Made by a program: the position numbers and the translations under genes
Shown: positions 46,988 through 57,056 of the stretch, piece after piece
How the letters are laid out: each line of letters starts with the position of its first letter
How positions within the stretch are numbered: the stretch's first letter is position 1
Notes under the pieces: model-generated
Databases searched by the model: none
Told to the model about the DNA's origin: nothing
What the model saw: only the letters and a program-made list of their open reading frames with translations
Assembly (NCBI GenBank): GCA_964473665.1
Contig: CAYYPV010000008.1
Location: 607-64,606, forward strand
Direction of reading: 5' to 3'
Source of the DNA: an uncultured Candidatus Bathyarchaeia archaeon
GTDB lineage: Archaea; Thermoproteota; Bathyarchaeia; RBG-16-48-13; CAYPFQ01
Length of the DNA: 64,000 bases

Positions 46988-48031
46988 GTGAAAAAAATGG
47001 AAGAGGCAGAATCAAAATATCTTGCAGATCAAGAGAGAATCGCGTTAGCCGCAAAGATGTCTAAGCCTCAAGTCTGCGTTATAGGAATTGGAGGAGCTGG
47101 TTGCAATATTGTATCTTGGATAAAGCAGAAGGGAATGATTGGAGGCAAACTTATTGCCATAAACACTGATGCAAATCACTTATCCATTACTAAAGCGGAT
47201 AAACGCATTTTAATAGGTGAGAAGACCACCCACGGTCAAGGAGCCGGCGGATACCCTGAGAAAGGAGTAGCTGCAATTAAGGAAAATCTTGATGAAGTTG
47301 AAAAAGAAATAGCAGGCGCAAATATTATCTTCGTTGTGGCCGGTCTCGGTGGAGGTACTGGAACAGGTGCTTCGGCTGCATTAACCGAAGCATTAAAGGA
47401 TTCAGGTGCTTTACTCGTAGGAGTTGTCACATTACCATTCGCTATCGAGAGAGTTCGGATGGATACTGCAAGAAAAGGTATTGAGCGTCTTAAGAAGGCT
47501 TGCGACACGGTCGTCACTATTGATAATAACAAGTTAGTGAAAGTTGCTGGTGAACTGCCGTTCCAAGATGCCCTCGGCGTAGCTAACGAGCTTGTAGGAG
47601 TTTTCGTTAAGGAAATTACTGAGACAATAACGACTGCTAGTCTAATCAACTTAGACTATGCAGATTTAAGAACTATTATGGAGAAAAAAGGTATAGCTGC
47701 TATAGGATCAGGCTTAACCAAAGGAAAAGACAGAGTGGAAAAAGCGGTTAAGATAGCTCTGGAAGCACAGTTACTGGACATAAATGATGTCACTAAGGCG
47801 TTTGGAGTGCTGATTCATGTTTCAGGCGGAAAAGATTTAACACTTGAAGAGGTCTACCACTCGGGAGAGCTGGTCACGAGAGCGGTTTCACCCAAGTCGA
47901 AGATTGTCTGGGGAGCCAGGGTAAACCCCGAAATGAAAGGAGAAGCCCACGTATTCGTCTGCTTAACCGGTGTTGAAAGCGCATTCCTACTGCAACAAGA
48001 ACAGAGGCCTCGCCGCTTAAGAATCTTTTAA
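46988..48031 (+). CDS. ftsZ: FtsZ/tubulin family GTPase (FtsZ or CetZ-like)
   Basis: IGIGGAGCN G-box. GLGGGTGTGAS tubulin signature. T7-loop NLDYADLRTIM. Confidence 0.7.
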   Translation: MKKMEEAESKYLADQERIALAAKMSKPQVCVIGIGGAGCNIVSWIKQKGMIGGKLIAINTDANHLSITKADKRILIGEKTTHGQGAGGYPEKGVAAIKENLDEVEKEIAGANIIFVVAGLGGGTGTGASAALTEALKDSGALLVGVVTLPFAIERVRMDTARKGIERLKKACDTVVTIDNNKLVKVAGELPFQDALGVANELVGVFVKEITETITTASLINLDYADLRTIMEKKGIAAIGSGLTKGKDRVEKAVKIALEAQLLDINDVTKAFGVLIHVSGGKDLTLEEVYHSGELVTRAVSPKSKIVWGARVNPEMKGEAHVFVCLTGVESAFLLQQEQRPRRLRIF

Positions 48032-48332
48032 CTCCACATAAACTTCTGTTATTTTTGGTTTCCATTAATTCGTCAGTAGAGACCAAAAAAAATTGCTGGG
48101 CTGTATTTTCTATATTCTAATTTGGTTTTTACCGTGGCACATTCAAAAGACAGATCATTCTCCATGAGAGAAACCATGTTGACAAAGTTTTATCGTTATT
48201 AAGCACTCTTAATTTTTACTGAGTTACATGCTCCGACGAAAGGATGATACTCTGAGCATAATAGAGAAGTTTCCTGTGCGGCTAGAAAAATTTAAATAAT
48301 GTAAATTCTCAACTTAGAGTAAGGTAAGAAAA

Positions 48333-48656
48333 ATGTCCAAGAAAACTAAGAGTGCCCAGAAATCTAAGAAAGCCGAGATTAATGAAAGTGAATATTGGTG
48401 TACACCAACCGAGAGGATGTCTTGCTGCCAGATGGAGGGAGTGATAAGCGTAGATCAACGAGGACAGATAGCCCTTCCAAAAGAGCTAAGAGATAAGGCA
48501 AACATCCGGGCTGGCGATAAACTAGCGGTTATAAGTTGCGAAGAGGGAAAAACTTGGTCAATCTCTTTGACTAAGGCTGAAAATGTCACAAAAGGTTCAA
48601 TCGCGAACATTGATCTCGGGTATTGTATGGTTGCAGTAAAACCCAAGACTCGTTGA
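48333..48656 (+). CDS. SpoVT/AbrB (swapped-hairpin) domain protein with Cys-containing N-terminal region
   Basis: ISVDQRGQIALPKELRDKANIRAGDKLAV matches the AbrB/MazE swapped-hairpin consensus. A CxxxxxxCC region precedes it. Confidence 0.5.
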   Translation: MSKKTKSAQKSKKAEINESEYWCTPTERMSCCQMEGVISVDQRGQIALPKELRDKANIRAGDKLAVISCEEGKTWSISLTKAENVTKGSIANIDLGYCMVAVKPKTR

Positions 48657-49065
48657 AGAACGCCATAAAAGAATGCTTAAGCAGCTTATTGGGTTCGGAA
48701 TGAAGGATAAGTATCGGCGAACATGAAGTCTCATCTTTAAGTGTAACCAATTTTTGTGAATCATCTAAGCTTTTTCCATGAGTAATCTGCCAGGCGATTA
48801 TATGTCTGAACTTTGTAAGGTTCGGTTTAACTAAATTATCCTGACCAAAACTTTTTCCTCTTAATCATTATTCGAGCATTAACTCAGGAAATTGAAATGT
48901 TTTTCGTCTACAGATTTTCTAATATACTTAGCGTTAAAAGATACATTAAAATCTAGAGGCGCCTAATAACTGAGTGTACACTGTGATTTACCCTAAAGCG
49001 CATATTTGGCTATAATATTGCCTGATAGTTGCTAAAATTAACTAGGTAATTTGAGGACATAATCC

Positions 49066-49722
49066 ATGATAATAACTGAGTTGAAACCGCTAGAAGAGAT
49101 ACTGAGCGCTGTTAAGGGATACCAAAATGTGTTAATAGCTTCTTGCGGAGGCTGTGCCACAGTTTATAGAACCGGGGGGAGAACGGAGGCAGAGACCTTG
49201 AAGAGTTCACTTCAAGCTAAGGGAATAAAGTCAAATGTAGCTTTAGTTACACGCCAATGTAATAAACAGATGGTGGAGAGCACGCTTCGACCTTTGATTG
49301 GGAACTATGATATCGTGGTATCAACGGCGTGCGGAGTTGGGCCGCAGACCATATCCGACGTATTTAAAAGTGTCCCGATTTTTTCAGCTCAGAATACTAG
49401 GTTCATTTCTATGTATAATCCTGAAGTTGAAAAGTTTTCTGAGTACTGTAATGCGTGCGGTGAATGTATTCTTAATTTTACCGGCACTGTCTGCCCAATA
49501 ACTCGATGCGCTAAGGGCATGTTAAACGGTCCCTGCGGAGGACAAAGCAATGGTAAATGCGAGGTCGGCGGATGGAAGAATGACTGCGCATGGACACTAA
49601 TTTACGACCGATTAAAGGCTCAGGGCAAGCTGGATGCACTCAAGAAATTTACACCTCCAAGAGATTATCGTCATTCTAATAGCCCACGCCACATTTTGAG
49701 AGAAAGAAAGGAGACTGCTTGA
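49066..49722 (+). CDS. metV: Methylene-tetrahydrofolate reductase C-terminal-domain protein (MetV-like Zn/Fe-S subunit)
   Basis: Cys-rich motifs SCGGCAT, CNACGEC, CPITRCAKG and the diagnostic GPCGG are present. It lies immediately upstream of and overlapping metF. Confidence 0.7.
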   Translation: MIITELKPLEEILSAVKGYQNVLIASCGGCATVYRTGGRTEAETLKSSLQAKGIKSNVALVTRQCNKQMVESTLRPLIGNYDIVVSTACGVGPQTISDVFKSVPIFSAQNTRFISMYNPEVEKFSEYCNACGECILNFTGTVCPITRCAKGMLNGPCGGQSNGKCEVGGWKNDCAWTLIYDRLKAQGKLDALKKFTPPRDYRHSNSPRHILRERKETA

Positions 49723-50633
49723 TGGAGCAAATTTACAGCAGCCTGATGAAAAGTCTGAGTGATGGAAAATTCGTTTTCACCGGAGAAATTGAGCCTAGAA
49801 AAACTACTAGTTTAAATGAGATCATTGAAACGGCGAAAGTTCTGAAGAAATATGTTGTAGCAGCCAACCTAACCGACAACCCAGCTGGAATGGCTTTTAT
49901 GAACTCTCTTGTTCCATCATACATTATTCAAAAAGAAGTAGGCCTAGAGGCGGTTTACCAAATCACTTGTCGAGATAGAAATAGAATAGCGATTTTCTCA
50001 GATTTGCTTGCAGCTGGCGCCTTGGGAATTAAAAATGTCCTTGCAATAACAGGCGATCACCCTGCATTAGGCGATAACCCTCAGGCTAAACCTGTTTTCG
50101 ATTTAGACTCACAGCAACTAGTTTACATGATACGCAAGATGGTGGATGAAGGAGTTGATTTGACTGGACATAAAATAGAGAACCCTCCAAAGTTTCATGT
50201 GGGCGTAGCTGCATCACCAGCAGTTAAGCCGTTAGAACCTGAAATAATTAAGCTTGAAAGAAAAGCGGAGTTAGGAGCAGAATTTGTACAAACACAGATT
50301 GTCTATGATATAGAAGTAGCGAAAAAATTCCTAGCGGATACAAACCACATTAAGATTCCGATAATTATTGGGGTTTGCCCCCTAAAATCAGTGGGTATGG
50401 CTGAGTGGATGTCTAAAAACTTGCCAGGCGTAATGATTCCGAGTGAGCTGATTGATAGATTAAAAAAAGCTGAAGAAAAAGGTAAAGATGCAATAATGCA
50501 GGAGAATATAGCGATTTTTAGAGAATTCATAAAAGAACTTAAGAATACACGCGCTTCAGGAGCTCACTTGATGGCCGTCCATTATCCGATGACTGAATTA
50601 AACTTTCTTTTAAACGGCATACTAAGTGTTTAA
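49719..50633 (+). CDS. metF: Methylenetetrahydrofolate reductase-like protein
   Basis: ITCRDRNR and LAITGDHP motifs of the MTHFR TIM barrel. 304 aa. Confidence 0.75.
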   Translation: MMEQIYSSLMKSLSDGKFVFTGEIEPRKTTSLNEIIETAKVLKKYVVAANLTDNPAGMAFMNSLVPSYIIQKEVGLEAVYQITCRDRNRIAIFSDLLAAGALGIKNVLAITGDHPALGDNPQAKPVFDLDSQQLVYMIRKMVDEGVDLTGHKIENPPKFHVGVAASPAVKPLEPEIIKLERKAELGAEFVQTQIVYDIEVAKKFLADTNHIKIPIIIGVCPLKSVGMAEWMSKNLPGVMIPSELIDRLKKAEEKGKDAIMQENIAIFREFIKELKNTRASGAHLMAVHYPMTELNFLLNGILSV

Positions 50634-50650
50634 CTTCGGAACAGCAGCTA

Positions 50651-51415
50651 CTAGGCTAAGACTTTATTTATAGCGTCCTTAAATTCAGCGGCAGCTTTCG
50701 AAGGATTTTCTGCTTCGAAAATTGCACGACCTATTATTAGGTACTTTGAACCTGCCTTTACGGTTTCTATGATATTTCCACCTTGAATGACTAAGCCGGG
50801 TGAATAAATTGGAATCCGACCTTTGAGTATTTTATTAACGGCCCTTATTTTGTCAGGGTATGTTGCACCAACAATAACCCCTGCAGCACCCCAATTAAGT
50901 GCTTTTCCAGCAAAGATCTCGTACTGCATTTTAGCTATACCAGTTTTGGAATCCAGAACTTTCTGTCCATAACCTTCATCAGAGCCTTTATGACTCATGT
51001 AGACAAGTAAAATGACACCTCCGTCTTTATTTTCAGCTGTTTCAAACACTGGCTTTATTCCTTCTTCCCACCCCACAAAGGGGCTTGCAGTAACTGCGTC
51101 AAAGCCTAAATTGAAATAGTGTTCAGCGATTGACCTATTTGTGTGACCTACGTCGTTTATTTTACAGTCCATTATTGCTGGAAGACCTAGTTCATGGGCT
51201 AAATTAACTATTTTTTCTGTTCCATCTTTAAGTCCGAGTGGAAGAACTATTTGTCGGTTTAATTTAACTGCACAAATGAAGGCAGCTGTTTCTTTTAGAG
51301 TATTTAGGCTACGTTGAAGGAGTAGCTTTGGGTCAGCGATGGTGTAGTCGAGTGCTAATACTATGTTTGATTTATTCTTCTTTGAAGCTTTTTCAATCCG
51401 TTTATTATAGGTCAT
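50651..51415 (-). CDS. pyrF: Orotidine 5'-phosphate decarboxylase
   Basis: LALD and IMDCKINDVGHTN (DxKxxDIxxT) motifs plus a C-terminal PGLVIQGGN phosphate loop. The ORF track extends to 51547. The internal Met MTYNKRIEK at 51415 is the probable start. Confidence 0.7.
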   Translation of the reverse strand: MTYNKRIEKASKKNKSNIVLALDYTIADPKLLLQRSLNTLKETAAFICAVKLNRQIVLPLGLKDGTEKIVNLAHELGLPAIMDCKINDVGHTNRSIAEHYFNLGFDAVTASPFVGWEEGIKPVFETAENKDGGVILLVYMSHKGSDEGYGQKVLDSKTGIAKMQYEIFAGKALNWGAAGVIVGATYPDKIRAVNKILKGRIPIYSPGLVIQGGNIIETVKAGSKYLIIGRAIFEAENPSKAAAEFKDAINKVLA

Positions 51416-51488
51416 TATGTTTATCCTCACCAAATTTGTTCGCAACCGATATATGTCCTTATAGGATAACCCTTCAACATGAGGTTTA

Positions 51489-52220
51489 ATGATGTCAACC
51501 CCTAATGTTAAAGAAAATGTCACTTTGAAGGTTGCCGGAGAAATCATCCTTTCAAACGAACCTGGCGTAACGATGAAGAAGTGGCGAGAAATTTTCGGCG
51601 TATCCCAGATAAAATTAGCTACGAAAATGAACGTATCCCCATCAGTAATTAGTGACTATGAAGGCGGTAGAAGACCGTCGCCTGGAACACGTTTCTTAAG
51701 GAGATTTGTAGAATCCCTAGTTGCTATTGATGAGGAGGAAGGGGGAAAACTTCTAAGAGAGTTTTCGCGAATTGGGGGCATTCCAACGGGCGCCATTTTA
51801 GATATTAAAGAATTTCCTGCGCCGGTTTTGGCTAGAGAATTATGCAAGATTGTGGACGGCAAAGTTTTGACAGGGAGCCAACTGTTGGATCGAAATATAT
51901 ACGGGTATACTGTCGTAGACAGTGTGAAGGCAATATTGGCACTTACTGATTTTACTCCCATATTTGGTTCTACTACTGAGAGGGCGTTGGTATTTGTTAA
52001 CGTTAGTTTCGGTCGTTCCCCGATGATAGCTGTTAGAGTTGCACCGCTGAAGCCCAGACTAGTTGTTCTCCATAAACCAGAAAAGCCGGATGAGGTGGCT
52101 ATAAAACTAGCAGAAATTGAACACATCCCGCTAGTTGTTTCAGAAATGCCTGATTCTAGCTCCCTAATCAGAGCCTTAAAGGAGCTATATTCGACGGTGA
52201 GCAAGAAGCAATCTGCGTAG
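51489..52220 (+). CDS. HTH XRE-family domain protein
   Basis: WREIFGVSQIKLATKMNVSPSVISDYEGGRR is a cro/C1-type helix-turn-helix. A C-terminal domain of about 150 aa and unknown function follows. Confidence 0.5.
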   Translation: MMSTPNVKENVTLKVAGEIILSNEPGVTMKKWREIFGVSQIKLATKMNVSPSVISDYEGGRRPSPGTRFLRRFVESLVAIDEEEGGKLLREFSRIGGIPTGAILDIKEFPAPVLARELCKIVDGKVLTGSQLLDRNIYGYTVVDSVKAILALTDFTPIFGSTTERALVFVNVSFGRSPMIAVRVAPLKPRLVVLHKPEKPDEVAIKLAEIEHIPLVVSEMPDSSSLIRALKELYSTVSKKQSA

Positions 52221-52292
52221 GTAATAGAAATTCTAGTTAAAGATTAACCTTAAAAGATAGAGCTTAACCCTTAATGTGAGTTATGGCTAAGG

Positions 52293-53096
52293 TTGAATGG
52301 CCAATTGGATTTTTCAGTCATATTAATAAGTATAATTGTTTTTGCTGTGATCGGCGTCGTTTCGTTAAGGTTTAAACTGCTTAATCCAAGCGGCACAGTT
52401 GCAAGCCTGTTTGTGGGATTTGTAATCCTTCTATTCGGCGGATTAAAGTGCCTTGCACTTGTGTTGGTATTCTTTGCTTTAGCTATGTTTTTTACAAGGT
52501 TTAAGTTTGGTAAAGAGGGATACCTGCTTAACGGTGAAATAAGGACTTGGCGTAACGTTTTAGCTAATGGCGGTGTCGCAACTTTTTTTATTATAGTTGA
52601 AGGCTTAATGCCGTTCAACATATTTATAATAGGATTCCTCGGAGCGATTAGTACAACTACAGCGGACACGCTTGCTACTGAGATAGGATTACTTAACCCT
52701 CGTAATCCGAGATTGATTACTGACCTCAATAAAGAAGTACCTGCTGGAACTTCTGGTGGAATATCTCCGCTTGGAGAGATCGCGATGCTAGGAAGTGTAT
52801 TTATTATAGGCCTTGCTGCATGGGTTCTGGGAATTCATCCTGCTACATGGTCTATTTATAATATCCTTTTTGTGGTGGTTATCTCGGGGTTAATCGGTGG
52901 GACTGTTGATAGCGTTCTAGGTGCTACTATTCAAGGAAAATACAAATGTTCGGTGTGCGGAAGGTTAACTGATAACCGTGTGCACTGCGATAAACCCACA
53001 ATTTACATTAAGGGTTGGAAATCGATTGATAACGATACTGTAAACTTTTTGTCAACGTTAATCGGCGCATTAGTTGCAATAATTTTAATTCTTTGA
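52293..53096 (+). CDS. Integral membrane protein (DUF92/TMEM19-like)
   Basis: Seven hydrophobic helices with an FTRFKFGKEGY loop. The family assignment is tentative. Confidence 0.35.
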   Translation: MNGQLDFSVILISIIVFAVIGVVSLRFKLLNPSGTVASLFVGFVILLFGGLKCLALVLVFFALAMFFTRFKFGKEGYLLNGEIRTWRNVLANGGVATFFIIVEGLMPFNIFIIGFLGAISTTTADTLATEIGLLNPRNPRLITDLNKEVPAGTSGGISPLGEIAMLGSVFIIGLAAWVLGIHPATWSIYNILFVVVISGLIGGTVDSVLGATIQGKYKCSVCGRLTDNRVHCDKPTIYIKGWKSIDNDTVNFLSTLIGALVAIILIL

Positions 53097-53515
53097 TAAT
53101 TTTAAAAGCCATCCTAACATATCGTTAGCGAAAGAAATTAAGATAAACACCGGCCTTTATCTTTACAAACTTTTACTTAACCCAATAATCAACGCTTGTT
53201 TGACCCTATTCTTCGCTCCTAACATCTTGATTTTAACTTTTCCTCACTTTCTTACAAATTCAATTAAAAGGCTTTACCTGCTCACGGAGTTTTTAACAAG
53301 GTTTGTCCGAATATGTTCTCCATTAATAATTATTCCTGTACGATAGGTGGAAGCGCCGTAAAATTCCAATTCTAAATGGATGAAATAGGCTAGTTCGAAA
53401 AAAGGTTTTAGCAAAACTAATATTAGCTCAAATGGAGCTAATTTTGAAATAATTTGAAATACAACTTAACCTTACTAATATTTTATTAACTCTATGTAGA
53501 TGTAGGTGATATGCG

Positions 53516-53995
53516 ATGAATTTTCCCGCGGAAGTTACTGTTAGTCAACTTAGAGCTTTCCTCAGATTAGTTTGTGGCTCAGAAGAAACTACGCATGTGC
53601 ATACGGTAGCGTCAGAGCTTCATATGAATCTTACAAGACTTCTCCCAATACTCGATGCAGCGGAAATACTTGGCTTAGTAACTGTAGAGAAGGGAGAGAT
53701 TAAGCGTACAAAAGATGGAAATAACGCGTGTATGAGGTGGGAAAGCGTCCCTGTGATGGGCGGCGCTCTTTCAAAGGTGGAGCCCTTTACTACAGCTTTA
53801 AAATTCGAAAAAAAGTTCAGTGGAGAAGATGTTGCAAAGAAGCTTTCACATAAGGGAATAAGATGGCACCATGAAAATGAATTGAACTCCTTAATTGTAG
53901 GTGAAATACTGATTCGCTGGGGCATTCGTTCAGGATTATTCGATTATGACGGCTCGGTCTTCACTCGCAAAATTAGACCCGATGGGTCAAGTTAG
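53516..53995 (+). CDS. Hypothetical protein
   Basis: 159-aa soluble protein. Its 3' end overlaps the convergent ABC ATPase gene by 9 nt. Confidence 0.25.
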   Translation: MNFPAEVTVSQLRAFLRLVCGSEETTHVHTVASELHMNLTRLLPILDAAEILGLVTVEKGEIKRTKDGNNACMRWESVPVMGGALSKVEPFTTALKFEKKFSGEDVAKKLSHKGIRWHHENELNSLIVGEILIRWGIRSGLFDYDGSVFTRKIRPDGSS

Positions 53996-54790
53996 AAGAG
54001 AATATATTTTATCTACATATTTATGGAAATCTTGAGAATTTTTATTCCTAGGTCTATCTAAATCGATCTGCATATCCTCAATTATCTTGGCGGGCCTATT
54101 CGACAGGATTACTGCTCTATCAGCCAGTTCGACTATTTCTTCAACATCGTGGCTTACCATCAACACTACTGCGATGGGGGATTCGGTACCTATTAAGAGT
54201 GAGTAGATTTCGCTCCTCAAATGCTCTGCAGTCAGGCCGTCCAACGCATTAAACGGTTCATCCATTAATAGTATCTCGGGTTCGACTGCTAACGCTCTCG
54301 CTATTCCTACCCTTTGCTTCATGCCTCCACTTAGTTCGCCGGGGTACATTTTCTCGAAGCCTTTGAGGCCTACGTCATCAATCACCTTCAACGCCTTCAT
54401 TTGACACTGATTCGACGCTAATTTGCACCTCGATAGCAAGGGAATTTCTATATTATCTAATACATTTTTCCATGGAAACAAAGCGAAATTCTGGAAAATC
54501 ATGAATACCTCATCAGTTGGACTATCCACCTCGCGACCCTTGATTTTAATTGTGCCTGAAGATGGATGCTGCAATCCCGCTATTAACCTCATCAGAGAAG
54601 ACTTACCGCAACCCGAATGCCCGGTTATCGCTACGAATTCGTTCTTTGTTGCGGTGAAAGTGATGTCATCTATCACCTTTAGGCTCTCTTTTCCAATCTG
54701 GTAACTGAGACCTACATGTTCCACAGTGAGCAAAGGAGAAGGGATGCCCACGTCCTGTGAATTTATTCTCGTTTCATTTCCAACTGCCAT
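53987..54790 (-). CDS. ABC transporter ATP-binding protein (nitrate/sulfonate/taurine NitT/TauT type)
   Basis: Walker [11 protein letters not shown]. Signature [15 protein letters not shown]. Walker [12 protein letters not shown]. Confidence 0.85.
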   Translation of the reverse strand: MAVGNETRINSQDVGIPSPLLTVEHVGLSYQIGKESLKVIDDITFTATKNEFVAITGHSGCGKSSLMRLIAGLQHPSSGTIKIKGREVDSPTDEVFMIFQNFALFPWKNVLDNIEIPLLSRCKLASNQCQMKALKVIDDVGLKGFEKMYPGELSGGMKQRVGIARALAVEPEILLMDEPFNALDGLTAEHLRSEIYSLLIGTESPIAVVLMVSHDVEEIVELADRAVILSNRPAKIIEDMQIDLDRPRNKNSQDFHKYVDKIYSLLT

Positions 54791-54805
54791 GTCTGTTTGT
54801 CCTCT

Positions 54806-56419
54806 TTATCTTCTATACGAGAACCTCGTCGTTGTATATTTGTATAATCTTCTCCAGAAAATAATATTCACGGTTAATATGAGTACTGTCATTGAGAAAA
54901 TAGTTAGCCCCATAAGAAGCAGGTCGCTGGTATTGGTAGCTACGTTAAGCAGTACACCAATTCCATTAGAAACCCGGGTAATCACAGACCCTGATATATT
55001 GAAATATTCGGCGACTATTAACGTGTTCCATGCTGCTCCAATTCCAGTTATTGAACCTGTAACGAATGAGGGAAGGACAGCTGGGATTAGTACATTTTTC
55101 CAATAAGCCCAACCCTTCAGTCTCATGAGTTTTGATAACTCAAATATTTCATTCGGAATCGACCGAATTCCGGCTATCACGTTGAAGATAATGTACCAGA
55201 TAGTACCAAGAAAAATTACTATTGCAGCTGTCACCTCGCCGCTGTAGGGCAAAGTAGCTACTATTATCGCGATGGGGGGAAGGAGTGCTGTTGCGGGAAT
55301 TGAGGATATTATTTGCAGAACCGGTAATCCGGTGTGATAAAGCTTGGAATGCAAGGCAACAACAATTCCAAGTGGAAGCCCGACTGCTACAGAAATAATG
55401 TAAACGTACCAAACTCTGACGAATGAGTATGCAAGCCCAACTAGAACTGTTGACTCCTTACTAGCTATAACGCTGAAAGATATGCCTGCCGCAGCAAACA
55501 GGTGGAAAATTTCAGTCACAATTATGACCAACACGCCTACTATTATCAAGGCGGCTACAATTTTGAGGAATTTAGTGTTGCGCGGTTTTACTGCATGCGT
55601 CTGTTTAGCGTGGACTACAGGTGACGGAGTTGTCGGCAGACGAAGAGACATTGGCTTTGAAAGCACGGAGAAGACTTTGGACGCTGCGCGTGTGTTTATC
55701 CAAGAATAAAAGCGGTATATCGGATCCTTTCTAACTGGGCGTGGCTCTTCAATTATTTTGAACTTTTCGGACCAAGTCGAAAACTCTCCGAGGAAAAAGA
55801 ACCATGTCAGTATAACTGCAATGATGAATATTCCTATTGCAACTGCATATGCGCTCCAGTTTCCTTGAGAAGAAAATGTCGCTATGTCCACCCCGATTCC
55901 ATGTGTCACATGGTAGTTTTTGGTTCCCAGTGAAAATATTTCGCTTGAGATAAGGTAAAAGAGCCCCACCGACCAAGAAACAGCCGAGTTGTAAGCGACC
56001 TTGGACCAGCTTGCTGGGATGTACAGCCCAGTTATTCTTCTCCATAATCCTAGCTTCCCGATAGAGGCGAGGTCAAAATACTCCTGCGGGATGGATAAAA
56101 CCGCCTCGTAGACTGCAAACGATATGTTCCAAGACATGCTTGTGAATATGAGAAATATAACCGCGATGTTTACGCCGACCCAACCAGGAAAGAGCGCGAC
56201 AAAGACGACTAGGGCTACGGGGAAAAATCCTAATATAGGTATCGACTGAAGCACGTCGAGGGCAGGTATTATTATTCTGTTGGCAGTTCTATTTCGCGCC
56301 GCCGCTATTCCTACAACCCAGCTGAAGATGATGCTAACGATAAGTGCCAACGACATTCTTACCCATGAATAGGCAGTGTCAGCCAAGAGGCCTATAATCT
56401 GTTGGCCAATCATATGCAT
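54806..56419 (-). CDS. ABC transporter permease, duplicated TauC/SsuC-like transmembrane domains
   Basis: 537 aa with two repeats of a 6-TM permease domain. It lies directly upstream of the NitT/TauT ATPase. Confidence 0.8.
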   Translation of the reverse strand: MHMIGQQIIGLLADTAYSWVRMSLALIVSIIFSWVVGIAAARNRTANRIIIPALDVLQSIPILGFFPVALVVFVALFPGWVGVNIAVIFLIFTSMSWNISFAVYEAVLSIPQEYFDLASIGKLGLWRRITGLYIPASWSKVAYNSAVSWSVGLFYLISSEIFSLGTKNYHVTHGIGVDIATFSSQGNWSAYAVAIGIFIIAVILTWFFFLGEFSTWSEKFKIIEEPRPVRKDPIYRFYSWINTRAASKVFSVLSKPMSLRLPTTPSPVVHAKQTHAVKPRNTKFLKIVAALIIVGVLVIIVTEIFHLFAAAGISFSVIASKESTVLVGLAYSFVRVWYVYIISVAVGLPLGIVVALHSKLYHTGLPVLQIISSIPATALLPPIAIIVATLPYSGEVTAAIVIFLGTIWYIIFNVIAGIRSIPNEIFELSKLMRLKGWAYWKNVLIPAVLPSFVTGSITGIGAAWNTLIVAEYFNISGSVITRVSNGIGVLLNVATNTSDLLLMGLTIFSMTVLILTVNIIFWRRLYKYTTTRFSYRR

Positions 56420-57056
56420 TACACCTTTTCTTCTTTTTTTAAATTTTAGCAGCTAGCGCCTTCATCAATCGACTCCTTAATTAAATTCGTTTAGAAAATC
56501 GCGTTTCGCTTATACGTTTATCGGTATATTTTGCCGTTTACTCAAATATGGAACTGGCCTTTAATGCATCACTCGCCTCATTTGATAACAATGACTAATT
56601 TCGATTAGACCTGCGCCTAACTAAATGTGAATAAAAGAAGATTCACTAACAAATAGATTTTTAGTAGACAGCTAATCATTTAGTTTCCATGCGAAGAAGG
56701 GCTGAAAGGCTGAGATAGCCTTTAAGGCCAAAAAAATACGGTAATAAACATTGAATTGAAGAACATACTTACGAAGCCAAAGCGTCCAATAATTAAGATA
56801 TTTAACCTAATCCATGCGGTTTATATTTTTTGGGATAAACTGGTGTCAAAAAATCCTGTTGCTTATATAAGGCTTCACGACCTTGAAAGTAGATATAATT
56901 ACGGTTACATTTACACTAGTAAAGACCTGAAAAGTTGCTTGAGAAAGTACAGCAGTTAAAGGGTAAAAAAGAAATGTTCATTCTTTTCAATAATACTGCT
57001 ATGCAAGATTCATCTAATCTATTTCGAAATATGTTTAGGGTGCAGGGTGTGGAGAT

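Noticed and set aside
48657-49065. Possible tRNA, ncRNA or small toxin gene in the 409-nt gap after the AbrB-like gene
   Set aside because: No T-loop GTTC(A/G)A(A/T)TC motif, no cloverleaf-compatible pairing, and only ORFs under 20 aa without RBS.
53097-53515. Possible RNA gene in the 419-nt intergenic region
   Set aside because: The region is AT-rich and low-complexity, without a conserved tRNA or rRNA signature. It more likely holds divergent promoters.
56756-56959. 67-aa ORF in the long intergenic region before trxB
   Set aside because: No RBS. The sequence is low complexity and shows no motif. It is probably non-coding.
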